Assembly: GCA_951804945.1 (NCBI GenBank)
Contig: OX638149.1
Coordinates: 52,762,001 to 52,826,000 of the forward strand
DNA from: Podarcis cretensis
Taxonomy: Eukaryota
Length of the DNA: 64,000 nucleotides
Reading direction: 5' to 3'
Notes under the pieces: generated by a model
Told to the model about the DNA's origin: nothing
Databases searched by the model: none
The model's input: only the letters and a program-made list of their open reading frames with translations
Translations under genes and position numbers: made by a program
In this document: positions 12,116-25,500 of the stretch, piece by piece
Layout: each line of letters opens with the position of its first letter
Numbering within the stretch: the stretch's first letter is position 1

Positions 12116-15100
12116 CTTTCGTGAAGGCTGAGCATGTCCTGACACCTCGGCTTGAAGGTGCTCCAAGTCTCTCCAGCCCTCCCTTCCCAGGCCTTTCATG
12201 ATGCTGCCCCTTCATAACCTTTCCTGTTATGAAACACCAAAGATGAACATACACCCTGTGAAAAATCTCTGCCAACCTAGCAGTTCGAAAGCACCTCCGG
12301 GTGCAAGTAGATAAATAGGGACCGCTTACCAGCGGGAAGGTAAACGGCGTTTCCGTGTGCGGCTCTGGCTCGCCAGAGCAGCGATGTCACGCTGGCCACG
12401 TGACCCGGAAGTGTCTCCGGACAGCGCTGGCCCCTGGCCTCTTAAGTGAGATGGGCGCACAACCCCAGGGTCTGTCAAGACTGGCCCGTATGGGCAGGGG
12501 TACCTTTACCTTTACCTTTACCTTTATAACAAATAATAAGACCCAAATTATATTCACATAGTAGATCTATTGGACTGGTACATGTTTTAATACCTATACA
12601 AATTTAACAATAAAGCTACAGCTCTCTGGTAACCATCCATTTCAACAAATAGGGTTTTTGTTTAATCAAGCTCCTGAACATTTGCATCATGTAAGTTTGA
12701 AAATAACACATTATAAATAACATAAATGCCTGTGGATTTATTTTGTTTTCTGTGGAACAATGACACATTTAAGTGAGTGTGTGAAGGTTCCCCCAGCTGT
12801 TAGAAAATAGAGATTGGGTGAGTTTATTCTTTCCTTGGGTGAGTGGAGTTATAATAGCATTTCAGACAGCTTGTTTTCTATGAATACCTGCAACTCAGAA
12901 AAATACTTCTGATGAAATGGACTGTAGTCCACAGAAGCTTCTACCATAATAGATTTGTGAGTCTTCAATGTGCCACAATTCTTTCTCTTCTTTTCTTTTT
13001 CTTTTTGTTGCAAGAGGCTAACATAGCTATCACCCTGCAAATCTTTCAGATAGCGCAAGTTAAGAAACCTGGATTCTGGCAGCTTGAGCAACACACAAAA
13101 TCAACTGGAACTAGTGAATCTCCCTTGGGGCCCATTTAGACAATATTCTACCATCAAAATTCTGATTTTTTTTTTAAGGGGGAGATCTTGGTTTCCCTCT
13201 CTGCACAGGGAGAAGATATTAAATGAGCCAAGAGAGTTCACTTTTTACTAATTTACTTAGTATTGTCAGAATCTGAAATACTTTTTTGCTCCACTGTGGC
13301 TGTCCTTTTGCAGTCCATGTGATTCATATACAGAGAAAGGGAATGAGGCCAAACATTGTCACACAGGTCTAGTCTCTTGAATTCTAAAACATGGTTCATG
13401 GAGTTAAGAAATCATAGATTGCAAATACTTGACCTGAACAGTTGTGCTAGATGAGATGAAAGTGAACTACTGCTTTTTGAATCTCACGGTTCTCATGCCC
13501 TAAAACTTTTTATAGCAGTCTAAGAATTGGCTGTCTCTTTAAAATAGATACATACAGCTGTGATGTTCTGAGCAAACAGCTTATGCAGCAATCATCTGGA
13601 CAGTTCAGAAATCCCTGTTTGTGCTGGAAGGCTTCCATGTTTTCAGGTTTTGAGTAATCTCCAGTTAGATAACTATGGCTTGCATAATTCAAATCACACA
13701 ATGTTCTGTTTTCATTTTCATAAAGTATAATGTTATTTATTATTTTATTCATTTATACATTGCTTGATTGTAAAAACAAACAAACCTCAAAGCAATTTAC
13801 AAAATGATAAACCATAAAATCATGAGAATTTTACAATATATCTGATACACATGCAAGTTTATACAGGGATTTTTTTTAATTTTTCAAATTAGTTTTGAAT
13901 GGACAGCAAAGGCCTAGGGTGCAGCTGAACTGTTAGGTGCAGAGTTGGGGGCTATTTGTAAATAGTGGTCAGAGGAAGCTGAAATGCAGAGAAGTACAGA
14001 CAGTGTATCTAATTAGCAGTGGTAATTCACAAAGCAGTTGTTGGTAATACAGACATCCTAGCATAGTTATGCTAATTATCTTACTCAGTATGCTAACAAA
14101 TATTTCGTCTTAGGTCAGTCCACAAGTGATAGCAATGTGCTTGAAGTATTGTAATTCAGCAGTTACAGGTGCAGCTGGTTTTAAATTGGTGTTCCTCTGC
14201 AGCAACACTCGTGTCTGCATCTTTTAACTAACATGTCCATGCTTCTGGGAGCCCTGGCCTAGTCAGGCTTTAGGAATCACCTATATGCATCTATGTTGTC
14301 CAGCCTTTATGAGGTTGCTGTAGAAAAAACTAATGTACCTGCTGCATAAAGATTTCTGTGTAAAGAGTGGAGCTGCCTTCAGTCTCATAGATCCACAGAG
14401 ATGAGCTTGCCAACCCTCCTCTTTGAACTAAGGGATATGCAAGTTGTATAAAGATACATAGTGCTGTTATTTGCTTCATTTTATGAAGTGCCATTTGAGA
14501 TATACAGGTGATGCATGTTTTTGAAGAATTGCTCAGTGAAAATTGTATCACTTTTTTTAAGCTACTATTTCACCTTAAAAGAAGTTTAGTTCCTCTCTTA
14601 ATTTGATTGAATTGTTTTCTTCTTTTCTGATACAGAAACTTGCCTTCATGGTGTCGCTTGGACTGGTTACACATGACCATCTAGAAGGTAAGAAAAATAA
14701 CTATGGCTGCAATCTTTGCACACTATCAAGGAAAAAGTTTATTTAACTTAATGGTTCTTACTTCCAAGTAAATAAGTTTAGGATTGAGCTGCATAAATTC
14801 CAGAGCTCTGGAATTAATGTACAAGTTTCAAATATTTCTGCTTAGAGTGCATACATTCCCATGTATCAAAGTTTAAAATATCAGTTTTATAAAGTGAAAT
14901 ATTTTCTGTTCAAGGTTCTGGGTTGTTCCCTGGAGTTGAAAAAATGACCAAATAGGATGATGATCCTAAATGCTAGTCTTATTTTTAGGTTTCTGACTAG
15001 GAGATCTAAGGCCACAAATATGGTTTCTTCAATAGCAGAACCACCACAGTACTATTTTTCAAATAACTTAATTTCCTTTAACAATTAATTAGCATATTGT

Positions 15101-16513
15101 TTAAACTGAGGGAAATTATTCTGACTGGCAGGCTGGATCCTAGGTTCCCTCAACCCTGGCAGCAACTCTGCCAATCAGCTGGTCTCACTATGGAGTCAGG
15201 TGACTAATTTTTCATTTCTGTGCAACAAAGCGTGCTGCAAAAGAAAACATGAGGCTTGAAGTTTTACCCACCAGCTGAAAGGCAGTGACCCCAAGTCTCT
15301 TTTCTGTAAGGATCAGCTGTGTTGCCAATTCAGTGGGCAGTGACACCAAGCCTACTTTGTGCAGTTCCATCTGCTCCACTTTGAACAACAGGGAGCATGC
15401 TTTAAGCTCTCAATTGTGCTTTCGCAGCCACATCTCTACCTGCCCCACACCTGTTGTCACATATAAAGTCAGGTGTGGGGCACATGGGTGTGGTTTGGGG
15501 AAAGCAGCCTCCCATGGCCTGGAGATTCTTCACCCCCTGGGCTAAATATATTTAAATGGTTTTGTACCTTAAAAAAAGTTTGCAATATTTTGATATGAAG
15601 TTGTTATAATCCACCTTTGGCTCATTGCGTTGAGAAATACTGGGGTATAAGTTAAGCAAATAAATCAGTCTTCAAACAACTCCCTGCTTCTGGCAGAAAT
15701 AAGTTGCCAACAACAAATTTTGTGTGGCACAGAATGTGGAAGATAAAAATATCAGCTGAGAGGTTTTGGAAGAGCAGGAAACGCTTTCTTAAGCTAATTT
15801 ACTTTCTTTTACTTAACTTTCCACTTTACTTTCAACCCATTTATATAATATGGATGTTTCTTCAGAATTAAGTTTGCAAAGAGCATTTCAGAAGCCATAG
15901 TTCCTGACTCCTAACTTGCTCATACTAGATATTGAGGTCTTTGAGCCCTAAAATGCTTTTATTTCTACCCTTTCCCCAAGAAATACAAAGTAAGCGACAA
16001 GAAAGGAAACGAAGGACAACAGCAAATCCAGTGTACAGCGGAGCTGTCTTTGAGCCTGAGGTAACAATTTTTGCTTATAAAATAAGTAAATAACTTGCTG
16101 AAAAGCATTTTGCTCATTGCTTCAGCCTTCTAGGTGTATGAAAACAATCACATTCGAAGCTAGACAGTGGGGCTGTCATCACTTAAGAGAGCATGAAGGA
16201 CAATTATAAATGGAAAGAAGTTTCCTACTTTATACTTTCTTTCCCTTATATCTTCCCTCCTCCTCCTTCTCTGGCATGATTCCAGACTTGGCATTGAATT
16301 ATTTCTCTCATCACAAGTGGGATCAGCCCGTAATTGTGTGAAAGACTAGTTTTTCTACAGGGTAGTATCCAAACACTGAAACGATAATGGACATAATCTG
16401 AAGAAAGTTAAACCTACATTTGATTCTTACTGAAATTTATGGATTTAAGTGCAAAAGCCTGTTTGCTTCAATGGGACTCAACACTTGTGTTCTTCCAGAT
16501 TTTTTATATAGTC

Positions 16514-16556
<43 letters not shown>

Positions 16557-19500
16557 GTAGCTTTCACTTGCCAAAACAGTTGACTACTTTCTTCCTTTCT
16601 TCTGTAAAGCGCAAGAAGAGCGCAGTCACATACCTGAACAGCACAATGCATCCTGGGACACGTAAACGAGGTAGGTGTCTCATAATAGCACCTCCCTGTA
16701 TGTTTATTTCCCTTTCTTTTGGACTGAAATAAAACAATATAGAAAATAGTTTTGTGGTACTGAATACACATCATAGGTATGCTGTAACCCTGGTAGGCAG
16801 CTACTCTACAGAAGCATCCTTGGTTGGTAGGCTTTGAGGGTAATCTGGAATGAATAAGGATATAAATGGGAGAATTTCCTGTGTGTAAACTTGGCCCAGT
16901 AAAGATTCCCAACCCAGATTAGTAAATGTAACCTGTCATGCAGACTAGAAGGGGGGTGCCAAAGTGGTAACTGAGCTCCCATTCTGAGACTCTTCCTGTG
17001 TAGTGACTAAGTGCGTTTGGTCCGATGTTAGGACTCACTGTTTATGAAATTATTTCTTGTGCTGTTAAGAACATGTTCAGGTTTCTTTGAAAGGCGAGTT
17101 ACTTGATAGTTGATGAAATCGTGTGGCAACCATGGTACTCTTAAAATTATTACAGGGATGCTTGCAAAATTCTTCCCACCCAATTTTCTCCTTAGATTTC
17201 AAGGTTCTGAATTCTTGATCTTGCTTGTGGAATGGCACCAGTAATCTGCCATTTTTCCATTTTTAACATACAGACTTTGTTTAGACTGCTACACATGCAG
17301 TTCGCTAGTTTTCCATTTGCATACTCCCCCCCCACACACACACTTTACAGGTTACTAACCCATGCCAGCAAAGGCGAACATTGATTAAAATACTAACGAA
17401 AAAGGCAGTAGTAACATGGTCATATCTATTCATGTGCCCTAGTGTGTATCTGTAAACTGTTAAGGGTTAGGAGTAATGTTGCAAATGGAAAACTCTGGCA
17501 AACTGCACATAAGCCCTGAGATGTATTTTAGAAATTGTCCATGTAAAACTGTAAGGCAGGTAAAGCAGAGCATGGGGCAGCCAATCCATGGAACAAGAAA
17601 AGAACTTGGGATATCTATTTTATTCCTTGATCTAAACTGTGCTGCTTCCACTGTGAACAATATATCTAGTATTAAAGGAAAGAGAGCCCAGTTGAAATTG
17701 AGATGGTGTGAACTGTGGAAGGTTTGCTCAAAAACACTTTTCCTTGAGGAGGGAAGGTTTCTGCATTCTCCCTGCATCTTGAACCTTTAAGCGTTGTTTG
17801 GCCTTCAAGAAGCAGATGATGCACAGTTTTTGAAGTTTTGAGATGAAGCCCTCTGTTTCAGTATGGTGTGACAGCTATCGACATGGTTGAGTTCAAGACA
17901 GGTTAAGTTAATTCCTGATGCTTTGGGTGACCCTAAGATCAACAGAGAATGTATGTTGATGGCCAGGAATCAGAAAGGTACTATATCATCAATGCTTGTT
18001 GTTGCTAATACACCACCAAGCATGTCTGTTTTGTGTCTGAGACAAGTTACTACTGATCTGCTCTCGTGTAGTGGTTGCTGTGTTCTTAGAGCCAGCCAAT
18101 TGTACAGTAGAACTAAGCTTGGCTTTGAGATTAATTTATTTTGACTCTGTTCAGTGCTAAATATCATGAGTGAGCACTGAATGCCCTTTCTGTAATGCTT
18201 TCTAATGTTTCCTCTGCTCCTGGGCCTGTTGTTTCAAAAACAAATGGCCAGGTCAGAGGACGTAAGTTGTATAATACTTGATATTTCAAATGTTAAAAGA
18301 TATATGCACTATGTACCTAGTAGGATGAGTGTGTTCATGCACATGAGTGTTTGGGTGAGTTTTTAGGTAGCTGAGCAGTTTCAGTAGAGTGCATTTGTCT
18401 CTTCCTGTTTAGCCCACTGATTTGAATTTGCTTAAAATGATAGTGCCTGATATTATTACTATTACTAGTCTTTGGCAGCTTTTGGCATTTTGAAAATAAG
18501 GTGATGGTCTCATTGCAGTTTACATTGAGCAGGCTTTACTTTCCCCAAAAATTGCTGCCATAACTGCTCAGTTCAGCTATTAGTGCATTTCCCCAGGAGA
18601 TCAGATGTTCAGAGGAGCCCTTCTTTCCTTGCATAATTTGTTTCTCACCTGAAGCAAAATTGGATGTACTGGGTTTTTTTTGCACTGATGTTGGCTTTCT
18701 GTCCCTCAACACACAGAGGGCATTGGCCTTCAGTGCCACTTTCCATCAGAGTTGTTAGGTGCCATTTACTGAAGATAATGATTACTATGCATGTTTAATT
18801 TGATCTTCCTGCCTCTTTTCTCAGTCTCTAGCTTCACTTATTGACTGCTTAAATATCTTTATATATATATATATATTCCTCTCTGAGCATATGCCTCTCA
18901 TCAATCATCAGAGTAGTGGTAATGCAAAAGACAAAGATTGGTGTCTCCTACAGTGTTGTGATTTCACTTGGAATAATAGCACACTTTATCGTGAGTTATA
19001 TCTTCCTACAGTTGGCAGGATAGGATTTTAACAACTCTTCATACTTGCAGATTTGCTTTGTTGAGGCTTTCTCCCACCTAGGCTACCATGCAGCTCCTTT
19101 TGCTGAGAGAGATCTCATGGGGTTGCAGGCCATAATTTTCTCTGGCATTTGTGGAATGTTGTGAGTTTTTCTTAGCACAAAGGTGGTATTTAGATGTAGG
19201 TTTCACCTTAGGCTCACTGAGGGTGATTTACCAATGGTCATAACAATGTGATGGAGATACCATGATAAATTAGAGTGGTAGAAATCATGGCAGCTTTTCT
19301 TTGCCAGTGGAATTTGGGGGTGGTAAGTTAAAAGTTAAAGACTTTAGTGTGGTTATAGAGATATATTGGGAGTAGCGCTCTTTCTGAAGGCATGTGATTT
19401 CTCTCTTGTGATACCATCCTTCCTTACACAATTCTCCTATAAGTGTCTTAAAAATAACTTTACAGTCCTGACTTGGCTTTCTTTCACTCGTGACTATAAT

Positions 19501-22500
19501 ACTAACTTCTTCTCTGTACTACATCACTTCCTTTTTTTCATGCTAGCCAATGAGGAGCACTGGCCAAAGGTATGTAAGATTATTTCCCCTCCCCTTTTTG
19601 TTCCCTTTTGTTAATGTGTAGGTCGTCCACCTAAATACAACACGGTGCTGGGGTTTGGGGCTCTGACCCCCACATCCCCTCTGTCCAGTCATCCTGACTC
19701 CCCTGAAAATGAAAAGACAGAGACCACATTTTCTTTCCCCGCAACTGTTCATCCTGTGTCCCTGCCCAGCCCCAGCTCCACAGACGTAAGTAATTCTTCC
19801 TGAGAGGTTTGCTGTTCGAAGAGACCGTGGAGACTTCAGAATTTGGTTCTTTAGATGCACTGGTATTATGGTAAACTGCAATAATATGACCCCCTTCTTC
19901 AGCCCCCTACACTTCTACTTGTACCTATTCACCCCCCCCCCAAACTCTGGAGTAGTATATACAGTATATATCTATATGATATCCACAGGACATGCCAGAA
20001 TGTTCATATCCTAGAATCATAGAATTGTAGAGTTAGAAGGGGAAATATTTCAAAGTTCTGTAAGCCCTTCCCAGATGCACAGTGAAGCAGTGAATTAAAG
20101 ACAGTGCATTTGTGATATATTTCAGCAATCTAGTGGCAGGAGGAGAACGGATCCTGTCACACAGAAGCCTTAGGAACAATTATGTATTATTACTGAATCA
20201 ATAAAGTAAGGAGAAATTCTTGCTCAAGATAGTTGGACACAGCGTTAGTGGAGTCAGAGTGAGTGCCTTCACTGACACCTGGCAGTTGCTTCTCGTTTAT
20301 GGATTCTGCATACCTATATGGGGGAAAGTTTTCTTTTCTGTGAAAGTATCCTTCTGGTATGTGAGCCCAGTTGCCTATTCTGCCAGTTTAGCACAGGCTG
20401 TTGCTGAATTAAAGTTGATCTAACCCATAGCTTGATCTGCAGCACTGTCTGTTTTTGGAGAGTGTGGGTGGTATTTTTTTATTACTCAGAAGGGAGGTAA
20501 ATCCATCCTTCTCATGATAGGTGGGTTCGAATTGGAAGTTCTGGACTCACAACCTTGGTCAAGTCTCATCACTTCTCTGTACCTTCGTTTCCTCATAATA
20601 AATAGCTCCATGGTTGTAAGACCCAACTAATGAACACATTTTACACACAATCAGACTTGCATAACTTTTATCTTCTAGTGGGCTGCACTAGATGTTCCTC
20701 CAAACTGTTTTTTATGCTGCTGAGCTAAGAGCCTCTGCATCTCATTCATGAAATATGCAGCTTGAGGATTGCTCTAACTTACATAACTGTATCTGTAGCC
20801 TCATTGTTGAAGCAGCCAAGAATAGCCAAATCAGGAACACCATCAGTATCTTTTCTGCACTGCTGGGTATTGCAAAAGATAAAATCAACAGGCAGCATTC
20901 CTATAGGATGCAAGTTCTGTGTTAAGAGCCATAGTCATTCATTCTCTAGGTATTGTATTATTCATGAAATCTCCCAAACTATCACAAGGCAGTAGTAAAA
21001 ATTGATCCAAACAAAGAAGACTTTCCTGCTGATTTAGCATGGCGTGCACACATGCACATGAACACATTCTACTTATAACAGGTTTGACAAAGGTTGCTAG
21101 ATTCTTAAGCACATTTGTTTTATAAATAAAGCACTAGGACAGTGAGCTCATTGTCATTCCAGTTGATGTCTGTTGCACATTTTTACATAATGTTCTGAGC
21201 TTTCGGTAATGATGTAATTCTGATTAGCCATCAGCCTTCAAGCCTAGAGTGTTTTGTTAAATATCCATCCACCAAACATGTATACACATCACATGAATGT
21301 ATTGCTTCCTCCAGAAATTCACCTCCTATTTCACTTCAGTGGTGTGTGTTTTTCGGAGAATTTATGGTAAATAGGTTTGTTTTCAGTTGTGTCCCTCCAC
21401 TCACCGAAGACTCCTTAATCCAAAATAGGATTCCTTTAATGGAATGGGGGCAGGCATTGTTTGCTGATTTCCCCCCATCTCTCTGCAGTCCGTAGACCTT
21501 CCCTGGTCTGCTCCAAAGGATTGTGGAGGTTGATGGGGCAGGTGGCCCCCAGAAGATAATGAAAACTGCTTCCCTTCCATTCATGGAAACCTCTGCTAGT
21601 ACAGAGTATTGCCCATTAATGGAGAGAGACAACTGAGTACAACCTTCTGATCTTGTTAGCTTCTGAATATCTTTAACTTCCATAATCAGTTACTCAGATT
21701 AAGATGCTCATTAGGTTTCAGCTCCACTTCAACAGGCACTCTAGGGCTAGGATGTGGGATCTGTGGCCTTCCAGATGTTGCTGTGCTCAAACTTTCATTA
21801 GTCTTGGCTAGCACAGCCAGAGGTCAGGGGATTTTGTAAATTAGTTCAGCAGTATTTGGAGAGCTACATGCTCTCCACCCCTGTTCTAGGGAAACCTCGT
21901 TGTGTTTGTCCTCCATGCAGTCACAAAATACAAGAAAAAAGTTGGCCTTTTGAGTTTGGGTAGTCGTAACACAGGGACGCAGGTGGCGCTGTGGGTTAAA
22001 GCCTCAGCGCCTAGGACTTGCTGATCGAAAGGTCGGCGGTTCGAATCCCTGCGGCGGGGTGCGCTCCCGCTGCTCGGTCCCAGCGCCTGCCAACCTAGCA
22101 GTTCGAAAGCACCTCCGGGTGCAAGTAGATAAATAGGGACTGCTTACCAGCGGGAAGGTAAACGGCGTTTCCGTGTGTGGCTCTGGCTCTGGCCAGAGCA
22201 GCGATGTCACGCTGGCCACGTGACCCGGAAGTGTCTCCGGACAGCGCTGGCCCCTGGCCTCTTAAGTGAGATGGGCGCACAACCCCAGAGTCTGTCAAGA
22301 CTGGCCCGTACGGGCAGGGGTACCTTTACCTTTACCTTTTAGTCATAACACTTCAAGAGATACATGAAAGTTTAACTCTGTCTGTTGAGTGGACAATATG
22401 AAACTGGCTGTATTATTATAGATTGAACTACTTTAGAACCCAACAATGCTCAAGTCACAGGGGATCCAACCCTGTTATGTTTTGTGAAACTCATCTTAGC

Positions 22501-25500
22501 TACTGCTACAACAACTACTACTACAGAGTAGTATGACTGACTTAAAAGCTGGTTTTCATTAAGTCCCCCCCTTCCCCCCATAATTTGAACATTGGAATCC
22601 AGCACTCATTTGATATGTAGAACTTGCAAAATCAAAGCATCTTTACATGCCAAAGTCAGGATAGCACAGTAAGTTTAGGAATTAATAGAGAGAGGCTTGG
22701 TTTTCAAAGTCAAAGTTTAAGCCTCAGCTAATGTTTGTGGGTAATATACTCCCACCCGCCCGTGGTTGGTATTCTGGCATCATTTAATATGTATTCTTAA
22801 TAAAGATGGGCACATTAGCATGCTATGTAAGGCAGTAGAAAACATCTGGCATAATTCAAATCCTACCACTGCTCAGTTTGATATGGAAGATTGAATTACA
22901 TATTTTAAGGAGGCTGTGACACTTTTATTTCTTTCAAATTTTATCCCTCTATTCTGAATTTGAAGGAAGCTTTAGAGATTGGGATTTGGATGTAGCAATT
23001 TTCCAGAGCAGCCCTCAGTTGATTGAAATTCATGTATTAAGCCATTTTCTGTTACCTTATTTCTGTTCTTTTTTGCTCTTCTTCTCTTTCTGCATTTCTG
23101 TACAGAGATCTACAAATAAAAATAGTAACTATGAGATGGTAACGGCAGAAGGAAAGAGAGAAAAGGAAACTAAATGGCTTTGCTAAGAATTTTGCATCCT
23201 AAAGTGAAGAGATAAGGAAGGGAAAGTAATGCAAAGAGTCATGCAAAACTGACATGTTCTTGCTATTAAAACTAGTACTGGGGCCTTTGTTGACATTTTA
23301 CAGCTGGGGATGGTGTTTTGTGTTAGTCTGGTTTGGTCAAGGTTTTCCATCTCTTCTATCGAAAGGCCAAGTTTACGTAAGATAAATCAGAAAAAGTATA
23401 CCTATTTCTGGATATTGCAGTGATGCACCAAGGTTAAAGTTATACTAGGCTTAAAGTGGTGCATTAACTTAATTTTGCAAGCAGTGCCTTCTACTTCCAA
23501 AATATTGAAAAGATGATGGCCCATGAAACACATTTCTTAGGAAAGAATGTAGCTACCTTAAGAGGTAGCACCCAGGTGAAATTATGATTATGCTCATGCT
23601 AAGCATGCCCAAGGCTAGATTCCATAGCCTTTTGCAAACAATAATTTTATTGCACAATATATATGTAGATCTTACTCATATTTGCAGAGAATCCAGGCAG
23701 GCTTTTTCCTCAGTGCTGTTCCCCAGATATCACATTTTGCCAACGTGTAGACCACAGTTCTTTTGCCAATAGAAAGCATTAATTTTATATTTTATCTCTG
23801 GCCCCCACCTGCCTAACCCATCCCCTTGCTTTCTTGTTTTGATTTGGCGTGTTGTGTGGAATGAGGCTGTACAGATGTCACAGGCACCTAGAAATGGCCA
23901 TGACTTCACTGCTCACAATCAGTACAATTTTCTGCCCCTATAGCTGTGCATATTTTGCTTATTTGCTTAGAGGCTTATCAATCCAGTGTGGTCATATAGC
24001 CATTGAAAATAAAGACATACAATAGCAGCAGCAGCCACCACAGCAAATCTCTCTTATCCATCATGGTTAATGATATCAGCTTTTATTCCTTGTATATGTG
24101 TTAGTTTCACTCCTCTCCAGCACTGGAATATTCATATTCACTATTTGATTTATGTACTCTGTCCCCAAACAAAATAAGCACCTCAGTATAGTGAGCTCCT
24201 AGTGTTGGATCGGGCTACTAGTGTTGGATTTAAATTATTAGTTGCTTCCTACAAAAGTCTCTAATGGAGCAATCCTAACTATAGAAAGCTAGCATAAGTA
24301 ATGCTGGCATGTTACAGTGGCAAAAGTTACCCCTATTCCAAACTCAGTTCAGAAGGAATAGGACACTCTTTGCCAGCTACATTGGCTGGGCTGCTGGGTC
24401 ACTTGACTGAGCCAGAAGGTGTTTGGAAGAGGTGTAAGTCTCTCCTTGCTCTGCCACATCTCCAGAATGCCCCCTTCTGGGGGGAACTTGTGCTAGTGTA
24501 AGTGATACCGTCTTAAGATCCACCGGCTGAGCACCCATTGAGATCTGCCATATCCAAATTCTATCATCCCAATGGATCCTAGGTTTCAATTACACTGCAA
24601 GTGACTTACAATCTTTTAGTTTTTAACTTTTTTGTAACAAAAAACAGAAGCTAAAGCATTCTGCACTACCAGGGCCACCTGTCCCTCAAGTGACAGCAGT
24701 GGATACAGGAAGACACTCAGACTATGGACCTTTCAGAATGAGTCTCACCCTGCCAAGAGCAGATTGCATGCCATTCACCTGGTCAGAAGATCCACCTGCT
24801 AATCCCTCTTGGCTGAATTAAGACTCATGTCATTGGTCCTCATCCAGTTCATTATCATGACAGGTCACCAATCAGCAGGTCCACTGCCTACCTGCAGAAG
24901 ATGACATAAGAGCTGTGTGTCATCAGCATGGTGATGACAGCACACTCTCAGACGCTGTCTAAACCCACCCAGCATTAAGTTAAACGTGGGTGACAAGTTC
25001 TGCACCTCCTGGAGAACCGAACCTATTGCGGCACTTTAAATATGTTTTCCATACAGTGGATCACTGGGACTTTCACCCCACATTTAATTTCACTTACTTG
25101 AAAATAAGATGGGTGTGATTCTTAACTATATAAATAAGTGATCTGTGCTTTATAGTTTGAAATTGTACTAGGGTAGACATGGTGGCATTTGAAGAAGCTG
25201 TGGCCCTTGATGTTCCTTGTGGTTCTTTTCTGTCTGAAGAAAGTGGATCTAGTCGTCAGGCACCCTTTGGTAGCTTTCTTTCTGTGTTTCATGAAAAGGA
25301 TATTATTTTGGGGATTTCATTCACTTAGGACTTTACTTTGAACTGGAATTTAGTTTTCAAAGTTTGTAAGTTCCCTTTCCCCCCTCTAATTTTATAGGGT
25401 GATATCCATGAAGATTTTTGCAGTGTTTGCAGGAAAAGTGGGCAGTTGCTGATGTGTGACACGTGCTCACGTGTGTATCACTTGGACTGTCTGGACCCAC

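Noticed and set aside
12355-12561. Recurrent [22 protein letters not shown]... (also at 53392)
   Set aside because: It is a translation of the SINE body and its (ACCTTT)n tail, not a gene family.
18781-18830. Acceptor-like pyrimidine tract (…cttttctcag) with an upstream TGCATG
   Set aside because: No convincing donor or coding continuity follows. It may be a regulatory intronic element but cannot be supported as an exon.
21974-22060. tRNA-like A/B boxes (also at 57432-57510)
   Set aside because: These are SINE heads with SINE body, tail and TSD, not tRNA genes.
22239-22248. GGACAGCGC, the right half of an RE1/NRSE (REST) site, in each Sauria SINE; tempting because PHF21A is a CoREST-complex subunit
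   Set aside because: The left half-site (TTCAGCACC) is absent, and the motif is simply part of the SINE consensus.
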